From the IMG/VR virus record IMGVR_UViG_2654588006_000005, positions 1 through 43,929 of that record: a stretch of DNA of 43,929 nucleotides. One strand, 5' to 3'. Source of the stretch: a virus (Duplodnaviria > Heunggongvirae > Uroviricota > Caudoviricetes). Shown piece by piece: positions 10,608-24,483 of the stretch. Numbering within the stretch: position 1 is the first letter of the stretch; every line of letters begins with the position of its first letter. A program made the position numbers and the translations under genes. Under the pieces are notes generated by a model, which saw only the letters and a list, made by a program, of their open reading frames with translations, was not told the origin of the DNA and did not search any database.

Positions 10608-13183
10608 CGTCCACCTCCGGAGAACAGGCCACCATCACGCATCTGTGTCTGAATTTCATCACGGGCACCCTTGCGGGCCATGTCATACACCGCCTTCAGA
10701 GCAGCCGGACCTATCTGCCCGTTCGTGCCGTCGTTGTTAATCACCACATGGTTATTCTGCTCAAACGTCCCGGACGCCTGCGACCGGCTGTCAGCCAGAC
10801 TGCCCGGTGTACCGACATAACCACCGGTGGCATAGCCGCGCATCAGCCGGTAGAGATTCCCCACGCCAATCCGGCTGGTTGCCTCCTTCGTGAAGACAAA
10901 TTCACCACGGTGAACAATCCCCGCTGGCTCATATTTGCCGCCGGTTCCTGTGAATCCTCCGGTTGCAAAATGGAATTTCGCCGCAGCGGCCTGAATGGCT
11001 GTACCGCCTGACGCGAATGCGCCGCCACCAACAGCCCCGCCAATGGCGCTGCCGATACTCCCGACAATCCCCACCATTGCCTGCTTAAGCAGAATTTCTG
11101 TCATCATGGACAGCACGGAACGGGTGAAGCTGCGCCAGTTCTGCTCACTGCCGGTCAGCATCGCCGCCATATTCTGTGCAATACCATCAAAGGTCTGCGT
11201 GGCTGCACTTTTTACCTGCGACATACTGTCCGTGGCGCTCTCTTCCCACTCACTCCAGCCGGACTTCAGGCCTGCCATCCAGCTCCCGCGAAGCTGGTCT
11301 TCAGCCGCCCAGGTCTTTTTCTGCTCTGACATGACGTTATTCAGCGCCAGCGGATTATCGCCATACTGTTCCTTCAGGCGCTGTTCCGTGGCTTCCCGTT
11401 CTGCCTGCCGGTCAGTCAGCCCCCGGCTTTTCGCATCAATGGCGTCCCGTTTTGCCCGTAGCTGCTGTGCGAATTTATCCGCCTGCTGCGCCAGCGCGTT
11501 CAGGCGCTCCTGATACGTAACCTTGTAGCCAAGTGCAGCCAGCTGGCGTTTGTACTCCAGCGTCTCATCTTTATGCGCCAGCAGGGATTTCTCCTGTGCA
11601 GACAGCTGGCGACGTTGCGCCGCCTCCTCCAGTACCGCGAACTGACTCTCCGCCTTCCACAAATCCCGGCGCTGCTGGCTGATTTTCTCATTTGCTCCGG
11701 CATGCTTCTCCAGCGTCCGGAGTTCAGCCTGAAGCGTCAGCAGGGCAGCATGAGCACTGTCTTCCTGACGATCGCCCGCAGACACCTTCACGCCGGACTG
11801 TTTCGGCTTTTTCAGCGTCGCTTCATAGTCCTTTTTCGCCGCCGCCATCAGCGTGTTGTAATCTGCCTGCAGGATTTTCCCGTCTTTCAGTGCCTTATTC
11901 AGTTCTTCCTGACGGGCGGTATATTTCTCCAGCGGCGTCTGCAGGCGTTCGTAAGCCTTCTGCGCCTCTTCGGTATATTTCAGCCGTGATGCCTCAGACT
12001 CGACCCAGTCCTTTGCTGCCATCTCTCTGGCCTTTTCAAGATCGGCCTGCAACGTGGCGGCTGAAAGCCCAAGTTGCGCATTCGCTCTGTCCTCCCATGC
12101 TCCCCGGAGATTGGCAAGAAATGCTGAGGTTTTACCGCGCCGGTGGCTCCGGCTCTGATACCACTGCCATTTTTTGTCCGCCTCATCAAAAGCCTTTTCT
12201 GCTTTCTCCAGCATTCCCTGGGCAGTGTCCGGGCGACCAATATCCAGCACCGAATCCCACATGGATTTGAATGCCCGTGCTGTCCTGTCTGCCCAGGTCT
12301 CCAGCGTGCCCATGTTCTCTTTCAGGCGGCGGGTCTGGTCATCAAACCCTTTCGTTGCGGCCTCGTTCGCCGCCTGCAATGCCCCGGCTTCATCTCCGGA
12401 ACGCTGCAACTGAGCAACATACGCAATCTGCTCCGCCGTCACGTTATGGAACTGACGTGCCATCGCTGTCAGTCCCGACGTCGGGTCTGTGGTCAGCTTC
12501 CCGAAGGCTTCAGCGACCTTGTCCACCTCCACGCCGGATGCAGAGGAGAAACGCGCCACACTCTGGCTGATCGCCTCAAACTGCTCACCACCACGCACAC
12601 CGGCATTCACCAGCGCCGTCAGTGACTCGCTGGTCTGGTTAAACGTCAGCCCTGCCGCCTGCCCGGCTCTGGACAGGGCCAGAATACGATCTGCCGTCAG
12701 TCCCGCCTGATTGCCGGAAAGGACCAGCCTTTTGTTGAAATCGGACAGGGTTGAGTTGCCCTGATACCAGGCATACGCCAGCGCACCGGTCGCCACCGCC
12801 AGCGAGGTGGCCCCCACCATCGGCAGGGTGATCGCACCGGCAAGCCCCCTGAACATGGGGATCATCCCGCCGAAGGAGTCCTTAACCTGACCACCCTGTT
12901 GCAGCAGGATCAGCCACGGACTTTGCCCGCCTGCAAGCTGCGTGGCCACGTCGGTGAACTGTGCAGGCAGCATACGCATGGCGGCTTTATACTGCCCGAC
13001 GGAAATCCCCGCTTTCTGTGCAGCCAGCGCCTGTCGGCTCAGCGACTGTTCAACGACTGCCGCTGTTTTTTTCGCATCACTTTCCGTACCGGAAAAATGA
13101 CGCCTGACTCTGGCCATCTGCTCGTCAAATCTGGCCGCATCCAGACTTAAATCAACGACCAGATCGCCTACCGGTTCAGCCAT
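10604..13183 (-). CDS. H: tail tape measure protein H (859 aa)
   Basis: Long Ala/Gln-rich coiled-coil protein in the tape-measure position downstream of G/T; lambda H is 853 aa. Confidence 0.9.
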   Translation of the reverse strand: MAEPVGDLVVDLSLDAARFDEQMARVRRHFSGTESDAKKTAAVVEQSLSRQALAAQKAGISVGQYKAAMRMLPAQFTDVATQLAGGQSPWLILLQQGGQVKDSFGGMIPMFRGLAGAITLPMVGATSLAVATGALAYAWYQGNSTLSDFNKRLVLSGNQAGLTADRILALSRAGQAAGLTFNQTSESLTALVNAGVRGGEQFEAISQSVARFSSASGVEVDKVAEAFGKLTTDPTSGLTAMARQFHNVTAEQIAYVAQLQRSGDEAGALQAANEAATKGFDDQTRRLKENMGTLETWADRTARAFKSMWDSVLDIGRPDTAQGMLEKAEKAFDEADKKWQWYQSRSHRRGKTSAFLANLRGAWEDRANAQLGLSAATLQADLEKAREMAAKDWVESEASRLKYTEEAQKAYERLQTPLEKYTARQEELNKALKDGKILQADYNTLMAAAKKDYEATLKKPKQSGVKVSAGDRQEDSAHAALLTLQAELRTLEKHAGANEKISQQRRDLWKAESQFAVLEEAAQRRQLSAQEKSLLAHKDETLEYKRQLAALGYKVTYQERLNALAQQADKFAQQLRAKRDAIDAKSRGLTDRQAEREATEQRLKEQYGDNPLALNNVMSEQKKTWAAEDQLRGSWMAGLKSGWSEWEESATDSMSQVKSAATQTFDGIAQNMAAMLTGSEQNWRSFTRSVLSMMTEILLKQAMVGIVGSIGSAIGGAVGGGAFASGGTAIQAAAAKFHFATGGFTGTGGKYEPAGIVHRGEFVFTKEATSRIGVGNLYRLMRGYATGGYVGTPGSLADSRSQASGTFEQNNHVVINNDGTNGQIGPAALKAVYDMARKGARDEIQTQMRDGGLFSGGGR

Positions 13184-13610
13184 ACCGGACTCCTCCTGCG
13201 ATCCCTTCTGATACTGTCATCAGCATTACGTCATCCTCCGTCATGTCCGCCACATCCGGGGAAGCGGGGATAACTTCATTTCCGTCCGGGCCAAAGCGGA
13301 CACCTCCGGCAAGCCCTGCCGCTTTCTGCATCAGCACATCATCTTCAGGCTCTTCGTCAGCCTCACGCCGGTTCAGCAAACTGAAATCCAGCGGATGCAT
13401 ATCCGGATCGCTGAAAAACAGGCTGAGCACGGTGTACGTCAGCCCGGAAAAGTGCATATCCAGCAGAACATCATGAAAATAATGGGTACTGTAAAAGCGG
13501 TGCCAGTCGGCATACTCCGTGGATGACATCCCGGCAAGCATGGCACGCCAGTCGGGTCGCCCCATCTCACGCTCCAGTATCACGTCAAAACTCAGCTCAC
13601 CGTCGCACAC
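13176..13610 (-). CDS. T: T-frame segment of tail assembly chaperone gpGT (made in lambda only as a G-T fusion by -1 frameshift)
   Basis: 435-bp open frame identical in length and position to lambda T; the track start is a GTG; the frame stays open upstream through the slippery heptamer. Confidence 0.75.
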   Translation of the reverse strand: MCDGELSFDVILEREMGRPDWRAMLAGMSSTEYADWHRFYSTHYFHDVLLDMHFSGLTYTVLSLFFSDPDMHPLDFSLLNRREADEEPEDDVLMQKAAGLAGGVRFGPDGNEVIPASPDVADMTEDDVMLMTVSEGIAGGVRYG

Positions 13611-13616
13611 TTTCCC
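13610..13616 (-). promoter_or_regulatory. G-T programmed -1 frameshift slippery heptamer G GGA AAG
   Basis: Minus-strand GGGAAAG in the G reading frame, 19 nt geometry to the natural G stop exactly as in lambda. Confidence 0.7.
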
Positions 13617-13627
13617 GCAGAAACAGG

Positions 13628-14014
13628 CTAAGCAGCGGGGGAGTGCTCTGTATGTTCTGGGGTATTATTCACAACAAACTCATACATTCCGGACAGCCGG
13701 TACACCACGTTTTCAGCATGAGAAATTGCCTCTGTGGGCCAGGTGGTAAGCACTTCCTGTTCAATCTGTTTAACGGCTTCATTCATGGACGGCATCTGCG
13801 TCTTCTTCGGATGGTTATGCCACAGGGACATCGCCACCACACAAGCACCGGTTCTGATGACGTCTTCCACAGTAACCTGCCGGTTGCTGTCTGACTCCGC
13901 CTGTTCTGCCTGCCGTTTCATCAGGGCGAGATGCTCAATACGCTGCAGGGCTGACAGTTCAGAAAGCGTGACGGTCACGCCGTTATGTTCAAATGATTCG
14001 GTTTTCAGGAACAT
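13628..14014 (-). CDS. G: tail assembly chaperone G, truncated to 128 aa by an in-frame TAG
   Basis: MFLKTESFEHNGVTVTLSELSALQRIEHL... matches lambda G; the frame continues in register after the TAG (PVSAGKCATVS) to a TGA at 13592-13594, giving 423 bp, the lambda G length. Confidence 0.8.
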   Translation of the reverse strand: MFLKTESFEHNGVTVTLSELSALQRIEHLALMKRQAEQAESDSNRQVTVEDVIRTGACVVAMSLWHNHPKKTQMPSMNEAVKQIEQEVLTTWPTEAISHAENVVYRLSGMYEFVVNNTPEHTEHSPAA

Positions 14015-14029
14015 CTCTGACTCTCCGGA

Positions 14030-14770
14030 TTAACTGGCGGTGACGGTGATTTCTGCAACCGCAGCAAACTCACCATTACCGGATACGACCGGAATGTTGA
14101 CCTTACCTGCAGCAACGCCATTCACGGTGATGGTCATACCACTGACCGACACGGTGGCTTTTGTTTTATCCGCTGACACCGCACGGAAGCTCTTGTCGGT
14201 TGCGCCTTCCGGCTGGAATGCCACGGTCAGCGTGGTGCTCTTCCCTTTCACTACGGAAGCGCTGGCTGGCGTCACGGTCATACCGGTTGCCGCTGTTACC
14301 GTGCTGCGATCTTCTGCCATCGACGGACGTCCCACATTGGTGACTTTCACCGTGCGGGTGATCACTTCCTTCGCCGTCACCGCCTTACCGATACTGCTGA
14401 CCCAGCCACGGAACACATCGACCGTGCCGTTCGGGAAGCGGATTTTATAGGCACGGGTATCGCCTTCATTAAACCACGCCAGCAGCGCCTGCTGCCCCTG
14501 CTCTCCGGGCATCCACGCCAGCGTGAAGCTGGTATCTCCGGCAGATTTCTGCCCCTGCCCGGTCGCAGTCCAGTCTGCATCTTCATCATCGAGATAGCTG
14601 TCGTCATAGGACTCAGCGGTCAGTTCGCCGGGCGTCAGGTCTTTAACTTTTGCCAGACGCGACCAGTCAACGTCTGAAAGCGGATTCGCATAAGGGTCAC
14701 CGCTCCCCTTATAAACCCACAGGGTGGTCCCGGCACCTTTCACCGGCATTGTAGGATTTGGTACAGGCAT
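14030..14770 (-). CDS. V: major tail tube protein V (246 aa)
   Basis: [31 protein letters not shown]... near-identical to lambda V; start taken at the lambda-equivalent Met (track ORF has a 10-codon upstream extension). Confidence 0.9.
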   Translation of the reverse strand: MPVPNPTMPVKGAGTTLWVYKGSGDPYANPLSDVDWSRLAKVKDLTPGELTAESYDDSYLDDEDADWTATGQGQKSAGDTSFTLAWMPGEQGQQALLAWFNEGDTRAYKIRFPNGTVDVFRGWVSSIGKAVTAKEVITRTVKVTNVGRPSMAEDRSTVTAATGMTVTPASASVVKGKSTTLTVAFQPEGATDKSFRAVSADKTKATVSVSGMTITVNGVAAGKVNIPVVSGNGEFAAVAEITVTAS

Positions 14771-14777
14771 AGCGTCC

Positions 14778-15173
14778 TCACATTTCATAGGTAATGACAT
14801 AAGTCAGATCGGCTGAACTCCACAGGCCCGCATCATCGTCGCGCCGGTAGTCATAGCCGCTGGCCACCATACTGGTGATCAAATCTGACAGTGCCGGGAT
14901 ATCGCTCATCACCGGATAAATCCGGGACTCCATCCACGCATCCAGCTCTGAATCCGGCACCTGAGCAGGCAGGAAAACTTCGATATGCAGCTCCGCCTGC
15001 CAGGTATCGCTGTCCAGCTCTTCGCCCGTGTATTCAGCGCCGGTGAGATAAACGGCAACTGCCGGAAAATCCGCCTCATCAAAAACAGCGGGGCGACCAT
15101 CAAAAAACGTCGCCCCGGTGTCATGCTTCTCCAGTGCATCCAGTACGGCTGCACGGAGTTCAGTATGTTTCAT
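14778..15173 (-). CDS. U: tail terminator protein U (131 aa)
   Basis: 131 aa, sequence and position as lambda U. Confidence 0.9.
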   Translation of the reverse strand: MKHTELRAAVLDALEKHDTGATFFDGRPAVFDEADFPAVAVYLTGAEYTGEELDSDTWQAELHIEVFLPAQVPDSELDAWMESRIYPVMSDIPALSDLITSMVASGYDYRRDDDAGLWSSADLTYVITYEM

Positions 15174-15748
15174 CGCTTTATTACCATTCTCAGTTGATGC
15201 TGCAGCGCATAGCCCAGCTCTTTCGGAAGACGCTCACGCCGTATCCGCTCAATATTCTGTTTAAACGCCGTGGTCAGCGGCACCGCCATCGGGATTTTCA
15301 CCACATCAATGGGGTAACGGTTTTTCCCGGCCACACGCTGCATAACATGCCACCGGCCGTTTTTCAGTTGCTGAATAAACGTGCCGGGAATACGACGGTT
15401 TCCCACCACAAGCACACTGCCGCCACCTTTCAGGGCTGAACGCTGCCCCTTTTTACGACGCCTGCGTCGGGACAGGACAACCCGCGCGTTACCCAGCTTT
15501 ATTACGGGCAAATCCCCCCGGTTAACTTTGATTCTGGCCTGCGGATTTTTGACCGTGGCCCTTTTCAGCCTGGCCCTTTCCTTTACCAGTTTCCGGCGTA
15601 CCTTTGTCTCACGGGCAACCTGTGACGCCGACTGCGATATCGCGGATGAAGCAACGCGGTTAATGGCCATTGCGGCGGCACCGGGCACCGCCGTTCTGCT
15701 GATACGGCTGAGGTTTTCAACGGCCTGCTCAAGACCTTTTATGGCCAT
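15170..15748 (-). CDS. Z: tail completion protein Z (192 aa)
   Basis: 192 aa, basic RRRRRKKGQRS segment, position as lambda Z. Confidence 0.9.
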   Translation of the reverse strand: MAIKGLEQAVENLSRISRTAVPGAAAMAINRVASSAISQSASQVARETKVRRKLVKERARLKRATVKNPQARIKVNRGDLPVIKLGNARVVLSRRRRRKKGQRSALKGGGSVLVVGNRRIPGTFIQQLKNGRWHVMQRVAGKNRYPIDVVKIPMAVPLTTAFKQNIERIRRERLPKELGYALQHQLRMVIKR

Positions 15749-15759
15749 ACATCCCCCTT

Positions 15760-16113
15760 TCAGCGGCGACGGTTAACGGCAGGCGGTACGCCCCGCCCAA
15801 GCCAGAGATGACAGCTTCCGCCATCATCCGGCGAAATCCGGTCTATCCAGAAGTTTTCCTCACCGATGGTCAGCGTGTCGCCGCGCCGCAGCTGCCGCAC
15901 ATCATCAGTCCGGACAAACAGGGACGGGCTGGAGCCTTCAACGCGCACGCCCTGTCCGGCATAGCTGATATTTTCAGGGTCATCAAAAACACCACGTATC
16001 ACCGCACCTGACTGCTCACCGGATGTCATGGTGGCTGACGTTCCCATGTACCCGCGTATCGTTTCATCGGCGCGGGCAATGGCAGCATCGAACAGGTTAT
16101 CGAAATCAGCCAC
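15760..16113 (-). CDS. FII: head-tail connector protein FII (117 aa)
   Basis: 117 aa; MADFDNLFDAAIARADETIRGYMG...; position as lambda FII. Confidence 0.9.
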   Translation of the reverse strand: MADFDNLFDAAIARADETIRGYMGTSATMTSGEQSGAVIRGVFDDPENISYAGQGVRVEGSSPSLFVRTDDVRQLRRGDTLTIGEENFWIDRISPDDGGSCHLWLGRGVPPAVNRRR

Positions 16114-16124
16114 AGCGCCTCCCG

Positions 16125-16520
16125 TTATTGCATTCTGGCCAGGCCGCGCTCTGTCATTTCAGCTGCCACACCGGCAGAGACACGGAACGCCGTTCCCGGC
16201 AGCACAAATGCCACAGCCTCATCCCGCGTGGCGTGAAGTGCATCAGTATGCAGCGTCACCAGTGCCACAACCGTGACCAGAGCAGCCGTATCAATCACGG
16301 TATCCGGCTGCGCTGATACAACCTCATTTTCATGTCCGGTCAGCGCATTTTCCGGGCTGACAGATGTGTCCTGACCGGCAGCGTCATCCGTGTCATCAAG
16401 CTCCTCTTCCAGCTCTGCCACACGGAGTGCCAGTTCTTCTTTCGTCCCCGTCAGGCTGACATCACGGTTCAGTTGCTCACCCAGCACCTGAAGACGGGCA
16501 ATCAGTTCATCTTTCGTCAT
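16125..16520 (-). CDS. FI: DNA packaging / head completion protein FI (131 aa)
   Basis: MTKDELIARLQVLGEQLNRDVSLTGTKEELALRVAELEEEL... matches lambda FI; start at MTKDE inside the longer track ORF. Confidence 0.85.
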   Translation of the reverse strand: MTKDELIARLQVLGEQLNRDVSLTGTKEELALRVAELEEELDDTDDAAGQDTSVSPENALTGHENEVVSAQPDTVIDTAALVTVVALVTLHTDALHATRDEAVAFVLPGTAFRVSAGVAAEMTERGLARMQ

Positions 16521-16561
16521 GGACTCCTCCTCAGAGAGACAATGGCCCCGAAGGGCCATGA

Positions 16562-17587
16562 TTACGCCAGTTGAACGGACACGAACTCATCAGGATCAGC
16601 CAGCAGCATCAGCGGTGCTGACTGAATCATGGTGAACTCTCGCGCCGGATCGCCGGATGTCTTCCAGTTTTTCGGATAACGGGGAGACGCATTAATACCC
16701 TCACTCAATGCATCCGCATCCTGAATACAGCCATAGGTGCGCAGACCGCGTGCATGAGTGTTCCCCAGCACCATCGTGTTGTCCGGCAGGAAGTTCTTTT
16801 TGACGCCGTTTTCCACGTACTGTCCGGAATACACGACGATGGCCACATCGCCATACATTCCCTTATAAGACACCGCTTTGCCCAGGTCTTTTACCGCTGT
16901 CTCCAGTTCGGAATGAGAGCCGCGACGGGTATCCAGCTTCTCCCTGACGGCTTTGAAGGAACGGAACAGCGCCCAGCCTTTCGGGTCAAACACGATGATA
17001 TTCACCACGCCGCTGGCGTTCAGCGCGTAGGCTTCGATATCGTCGGTCGGGTCATACGTGGACTTGTCACGCTTGCTCCACTCCGTGACGCCGGACTGTG
17101 TGATGTTGTTCGCCGCACTGCGGCCCATATCCACTTCAACCGGATCGAAGGCTTCACCGGTCATGGTGTATTTGCCCTTGAGCACGGCAGAAACGGCCTG
17201 CATCTCTTCGACCTGAGCAATGGCCAGCTCTTCGTCACGCATGTTCTGCATGATGATGCGACGGCGGCGGTAAGCCGGGTCCGCCAGATTCTGTGGATCT
17301 TCATCCGGCAGGCGACGCAGGGTCATCTGCGGATTCACCTCATGCTTGGGTTTGACATATCCCGGTGTAAATTCAGAGGTGGAGCCGCCACGGGATCGGA
17401 TAACCTCACCGGAAACAATCGGCGAAACGTACAGCGCCATGTTTACCAGTCCCGGAATTTGTGAGAGATAGACTTTCTCCGTGGTGAAGGGATAGCTCTC
17501 ACGGAAAAAGAGACGCAGAAACAGCGGATCAAACTTAAATTTCTTCTCATTTGCCGCCAGCAGCTGGGCGGTTGTGTACATCGACAT
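16562..17587 (-). CDS. E: major capsid protein E (341 aa)
   Basis: 341 aa, near-identical to lambda E as recalled (MSMYTTAQLLAANEKKFKFDPLFLRLFFRESYPF...). Confidence 0.95.
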   Translation of the reverse strand: MSMYTTAQLLAANEKKFKFDPLFLRLFFRESYPFTTEKVYLSQIPGLVNMALYVSPIVSGEVIRSRGGSTSEFTPGYVKPKHEVNPQMTLRRLPDEDPQNLADPAYRRRRIIMQNMRDEELAIAQVEEMQAVSAVLKGKYTMTGEAFDPVEVDMGRSAANNITQSGVTEWSKRDKSTYDPTDDIEAYALNASGVVNIIVFDPKGWALFRSFKAVREKLDTRRGSHSELETAVKDLGKAVSYKGMYGDVAIVVYSGQYVENGVKKNFLPDNTMVLGNTHARGLRTYGCIQDADALSEGINASPRYPKNWKTSGDPAREFTMIQSAPLMLLADPDEFVSVQLA

Positions 17588-17641
17588 AAAAAAATCCCGT
17601 AAAAAAGCCGCACAGGCGGCCTTTAGTGATGAAGGGTAAGG

Positions 17642-17974
17642 TTAAACGATGCTGATTGCCGTTCCGGCAAACGCGGTCCGTTTTTTCGTCTCGTCGCTGG
17701 CAGCCTCCGGCCAGAGCACATCCTCATAACGGAACGTGCCTGACTTGTAGAACGTCAGCGTGGTGCTGGTCTGGTCAGCATCAACCGCCAGAATGCCAAC
17801 GGCAGCACCGTCGGTAGTGCCATCCCACGCAACCAGCTTACGGGTGGAGGTGTCCAGCATCAGCGGGGTCATTGCAGGCGCTTTCGCACTCAATCCGCCG
17901 GGCGCGGTTGCCGTATGTGCCGGGTCACTGTTGCCCAGCGGCTGGTAATGGGTAAAGGTTTCTTTGCTCGTCAT
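17642..17974 (-). CDS. D: head decoration protein D (110 aa)
   Basis: [52 protein letters not shown]... as lambda D; start at the lambda-equivalent Met. Confidence 0.9.
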   Translation of the reverse strand: MTSKETFTHYQPLGNSDPAHTATAPGGLSAKAPAMTPLMLDTSTRKLVAWDGTTDGAAVGILAVDADQTSTTLTFYKSGTFRYEDVLWPEAASDETKKRTAFAGTAISIV

Positions 17975-17983
17975 AAACATCCC

Positions 17984-18379
17984 TTACACTGGTGTGTTCA
18001 GCAAATCGTTAACGGCATCAGATGCCGGGTTACCTGCAGCCAGCGGAGCCGGTGCCCCCTGCATCAGACGATCCAGCGCAGTGTCACTGCGCGCCTGTGC
18101 ACTCTGTGGTGCTGCGGCCAGAATGCGGCGGGCCGTTTCCACGGTCATACCGGGGGTTTCTGCCAGCACGCGTGCCTGTTCTTCGCGTCCGTGAGCCTCC
18201 TCACAGTTGAGGATCCCCATAATGCGGCTGTTTTCTGCCGCAACCGCTGCGGTGATCTGCGCGTTCACGTCCGGCTGCGCCGCGCTGGCGTTTTCGCCCT
18301 CCGTCGCTGGCACCACGTCAGTAACGTCAGCCTGCGAAGCAGTGGCTGAAACAGTTGTTGATTGAGTCTCTTTGGTCAT
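17984..18379 (-). CDS. Nu3: scaffolding protein Nu3 (131 aa), in-frame internal start within C
   Basis: Internal Met MTKETQSTTVSATASQ... in the C frame, the same nested arrangement as lambda Nu3. Confidence 0.7.
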   Translation of the reverse strand: MTKETQSTTVSATASQADVTDVVPATEGENASAAQPDVNAQITAAVAAENSRIMGILNCEEAHGREEQARVLAETPGMTVETARRILAAAPQSAQARSDTALDRLMQGAPAPLAAGNPASDAVNDLLNTPV

Positions 18380-19283
18380 TCGCCCTCCTGAGAGACGGGA
18401 TTTACGTGCATCCAGTGCATCACGCATAACGGTGATCGCATCGGTGCTGTTGACAAGTTCATCAGCCAGTCCGGCATCAATGGCCTCCTGACCGCTGTAC
18501 ACTGCAGCCTCGGTATCCAGCACAGCCTGCACGGACAGGCCGGTATATGCCGACACCTTCTGCGCAAACATCTGGCGGGTTGCATCCATCCGGGACTGCA
18601 GTGTCTCCCGGACGTCATCCGGAAGATGGCTGTAGGGGTTGCCATCCACCTTATGGCTGCCGCTGTAAATCAGCGTGATTTCCACGCCCTGTTTCTCCAG
18701 CGCAGCACCGTAATTACTGTGAGCCATCATGACGCCGATGGAGCCTGTCCGGGCGGTCTGCGTGACCAGACGCCGGGAGGCGGCGCTGGCAAGCAGCTGA
18801 CCTGCACTGCAGTTCATGTCGTTGGCCAGCGCCCATACCGGCTTTATGTCACGCACACGGGCGATGATGTCAGCGCAGTCAAATGCCCCTGCCACCATTC
18901 CGCCTGGCGTGTCCATATCGAGCAGAATGCCGTCCACCATCGGGTCGCTGGCAGCCTGTTGCAGACGGGCGATAATGCCGTTGTAACCGGTCATTCCCGA
19001 ATACGGCTGCAGCGCCCGCGTCCGGCTGACCAGCGTGCCGGACACCGGCAGCACGGCGATGCCGTTCATGACCTGATAACTGCGGGCCTGTCGTGGTCCG
19101 TCATCATCACCGGATAACGCCAGCGTCGCGGGTGCCTCTCCGGCAGCCAGGCTGTCACCGGACACCGCATCCGTCAGGCGGCTGATCCCAAGCTGGCCTG
19201 CAAGCGCACAAAAGAAAACCCGCGCATAGGCGGGTTCAAGCATCAGCGGCTCATTAAAAGCCATGCTGGCAATATGCGGGAGA

Positions 19284-19303
<20 letters not shown>
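17984..19303 (-). CDS. C: capsid maturation protease C (439 aa, GTG start)
   Basis: VTAELRNLPHIASMAFNEPLMLEPAYARVFF... as lambda C with a GTG start; 1320 bp as in lambda; overlaps the B 3' end. Confidence 0.85.
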
Positions 19304-22984
<3,681 letters not shown>

Positions 22985-23010
<26 letters not shown>

Positions 23011-23530
23011 TCAGCAACCCCGGTATCAGTTCATCCAGCGCGGCTGCTTTGTTCATGGCTTTGATGATATCCCGTTTCAGGAAATCAACATGTCGGTTTT
23101 CCAGTTCCGGAAAACGCCGCTGCACCGACAGGGGGAGCCCGTCGAGAATACTGGCAATTTCACCTGCGATCCGCGACAACACGAAAGTACAGAATGCGGT
23201 TTCCACCACTTCAGCGGAGTCTCTGGCATTTTTCAGCTCCTGTGCGTCGGCCTGCGCACGCGTAAGTCGATGGCGTTCGTACTCAATAGTCCCTGGCTGG
23301 AGATCTGTCTCGCTGGCCTGCCGCAGTTCTTCAACTTCCCGGCGCAGCTTTTCGTTCTCAATTTCAGCATCCCTTTCGGCATACCATTTTATGACGGCGG
23401 CAGAGTCATAAAGCACCTCATTACCCTTGCCACCGCCTCGCAGAACGGGCATTCCCTGTTCCTGCCAGTTCTGAATGGTACGGATACTCGCACCGAAAAT
23501 GTCAGCCAGCTGCTTTTTGTTGACTTCCAT
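22985..23530 (-). CDS. Nu1: terminase small subunit Nu1 (181 aa)
   Basis: MEVNKKQLADIFGASIRTIQNWQEQGMPVLRGGGKGNEVLYDSAAVIKWY... as lambda Nu1; start 189 bp from cosN as in lambda. Confidence 0.9.
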
Positions 23531-23745
23531 TGTTCATTCCACGGACAAAAACAGAGAAAGGAAACGACAGAGGCCAAAAAGCTCGCTTTCAGCACCTGTC
23601 GTTTCCTTTCTTTTCAGAGGGTATTTTAAATAAAAACATTAAGTTATGACGAAGAAGAACGGAAACGCCTTAAACCGGAAAATTTTCATAAATAGCGAAA
23701 ACCCGCGAGGTCGCCGCCCCGTAGCCTGTTGGATCGCCGGAAAGG
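23531..23745. other. cos site: cosB region plus cosN 12-nt cohesive end (AGGTCGCCGCCC on plus strand, about 23708-23719) and cosQ-side sequence
   Basis: Plus strand carries the reverse complement of the lambda left end GGGCGGCGACCTCGCGGGTTTTCGCTATTTATGAAAATTTTCC..., continuing into the Nu1 leader. Confidence 0.75.
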
Positions 23746-23868
23746 ACCCGAAAAACGAGAATAATTATCACTTACAGCAAGAATCGAATCTGATCTATTA
23801 TGGTGCTTGCTATTATGTGCCGGCACAAGTGCGTCGTTTACCGTCATTTCACACAGAGGCATCATCAA

Positions 23869-24120
23869 ATGAAAATCAGAAATATTCTCGCTATCTCCCT
23901 TGCAACATCATCCTTCAGTTGCCTGGCATTTAAATCCTCGCCCAATGTGCTACCAGGACCAACGAATCAACTAACTGCGGTAGAAAGTAAAATTATCGGA
24001 CATTTTTATGCCCCACACAGTGCATTACCCGGAACAACCATCACAGGGACATGTGACGCCTCCCCCGTCCCGGGATGCACCTGTCCGTTTTGTACTATGC
24101 TGCGTAGCCAAAACCGATAA
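23869..24120 (+). CDS. hypothetical small Cys-rich protein with N-terminal signal-peptide-like segment (about 84 aa)
   Basis: MKIRNILAISLATSSFSCLA...; AGAGG RBS about 9 nt upstream of the ATG; no recognizable family. Confidence 0.3.
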   Translation: MKIRNILAISLATSSFSCLAFKSSPNVLPGPTNQLTAVESKIIGHFYAPHSALPGTTITGTCDASPVPGCTCPFCTMLRSQNR

Positions 24121-24181
24121 CATCCGCATTTACCTGGTATTCCATGATGAGTTCACGCAGCGACTGATAGAGGAAGGAAAG

Positions 24182-24361
24182 ATGGTTAGCAAAAGCAAGG
24201 CGCATTGCCGCCGCATGCTGCAGGCATTGCAACAGACGAGAGCAGGTATTTTTGACCAGTTGGAAAACTGCCAGCATACTTTGCCCGAGTATATCGCCAT
24301 CTCATCGGAAACCAGTGCAACTCTTATTCATCGGGTTCCACTAGAGAAAAAGAAGAAATGA
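24182..24361 (+). CDS. hypothetical small protein (59 aa)
   Basis: Strong RBS GAGGAAGGAAAG immediately upstream of ATG; MVSKSKAHCRRMLQALQQTRAGIFDQLENCQHTLPEYIAISSET... Confidence 0.35.
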   Translation: MVSKSKAHCRRMLQALQQTRAGIFDQLENCQHTLPEYIAISSETSATLIHRVPLEKKKK

Positions 24362-24483
24362 ACAGTGAGGCGTTGTGTGGCATACAACGCCTTCTTCCAT
24401 CATTCCTCGTCAGCCATGACAAAAATATAACCGCTGGCTCTTTCATTTTTCTCCTGCTTCCAGCCCCTCTCTACCTGGAAGCA

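Noticed and set aside
16754-17464. 236-aa plus-strand ORF antisense to the major capsid gene E
   Set aside because: Embedded in E on the opposite strand; no independent support.
23646-23933. 95-aa plus-strand ORF spanning cosN
   Set aside because: Runs across the cohesive-end site and cosQ-side sequence; composition not protein-like; the downstream part is better explained by a shorter ORF starting at 23869.
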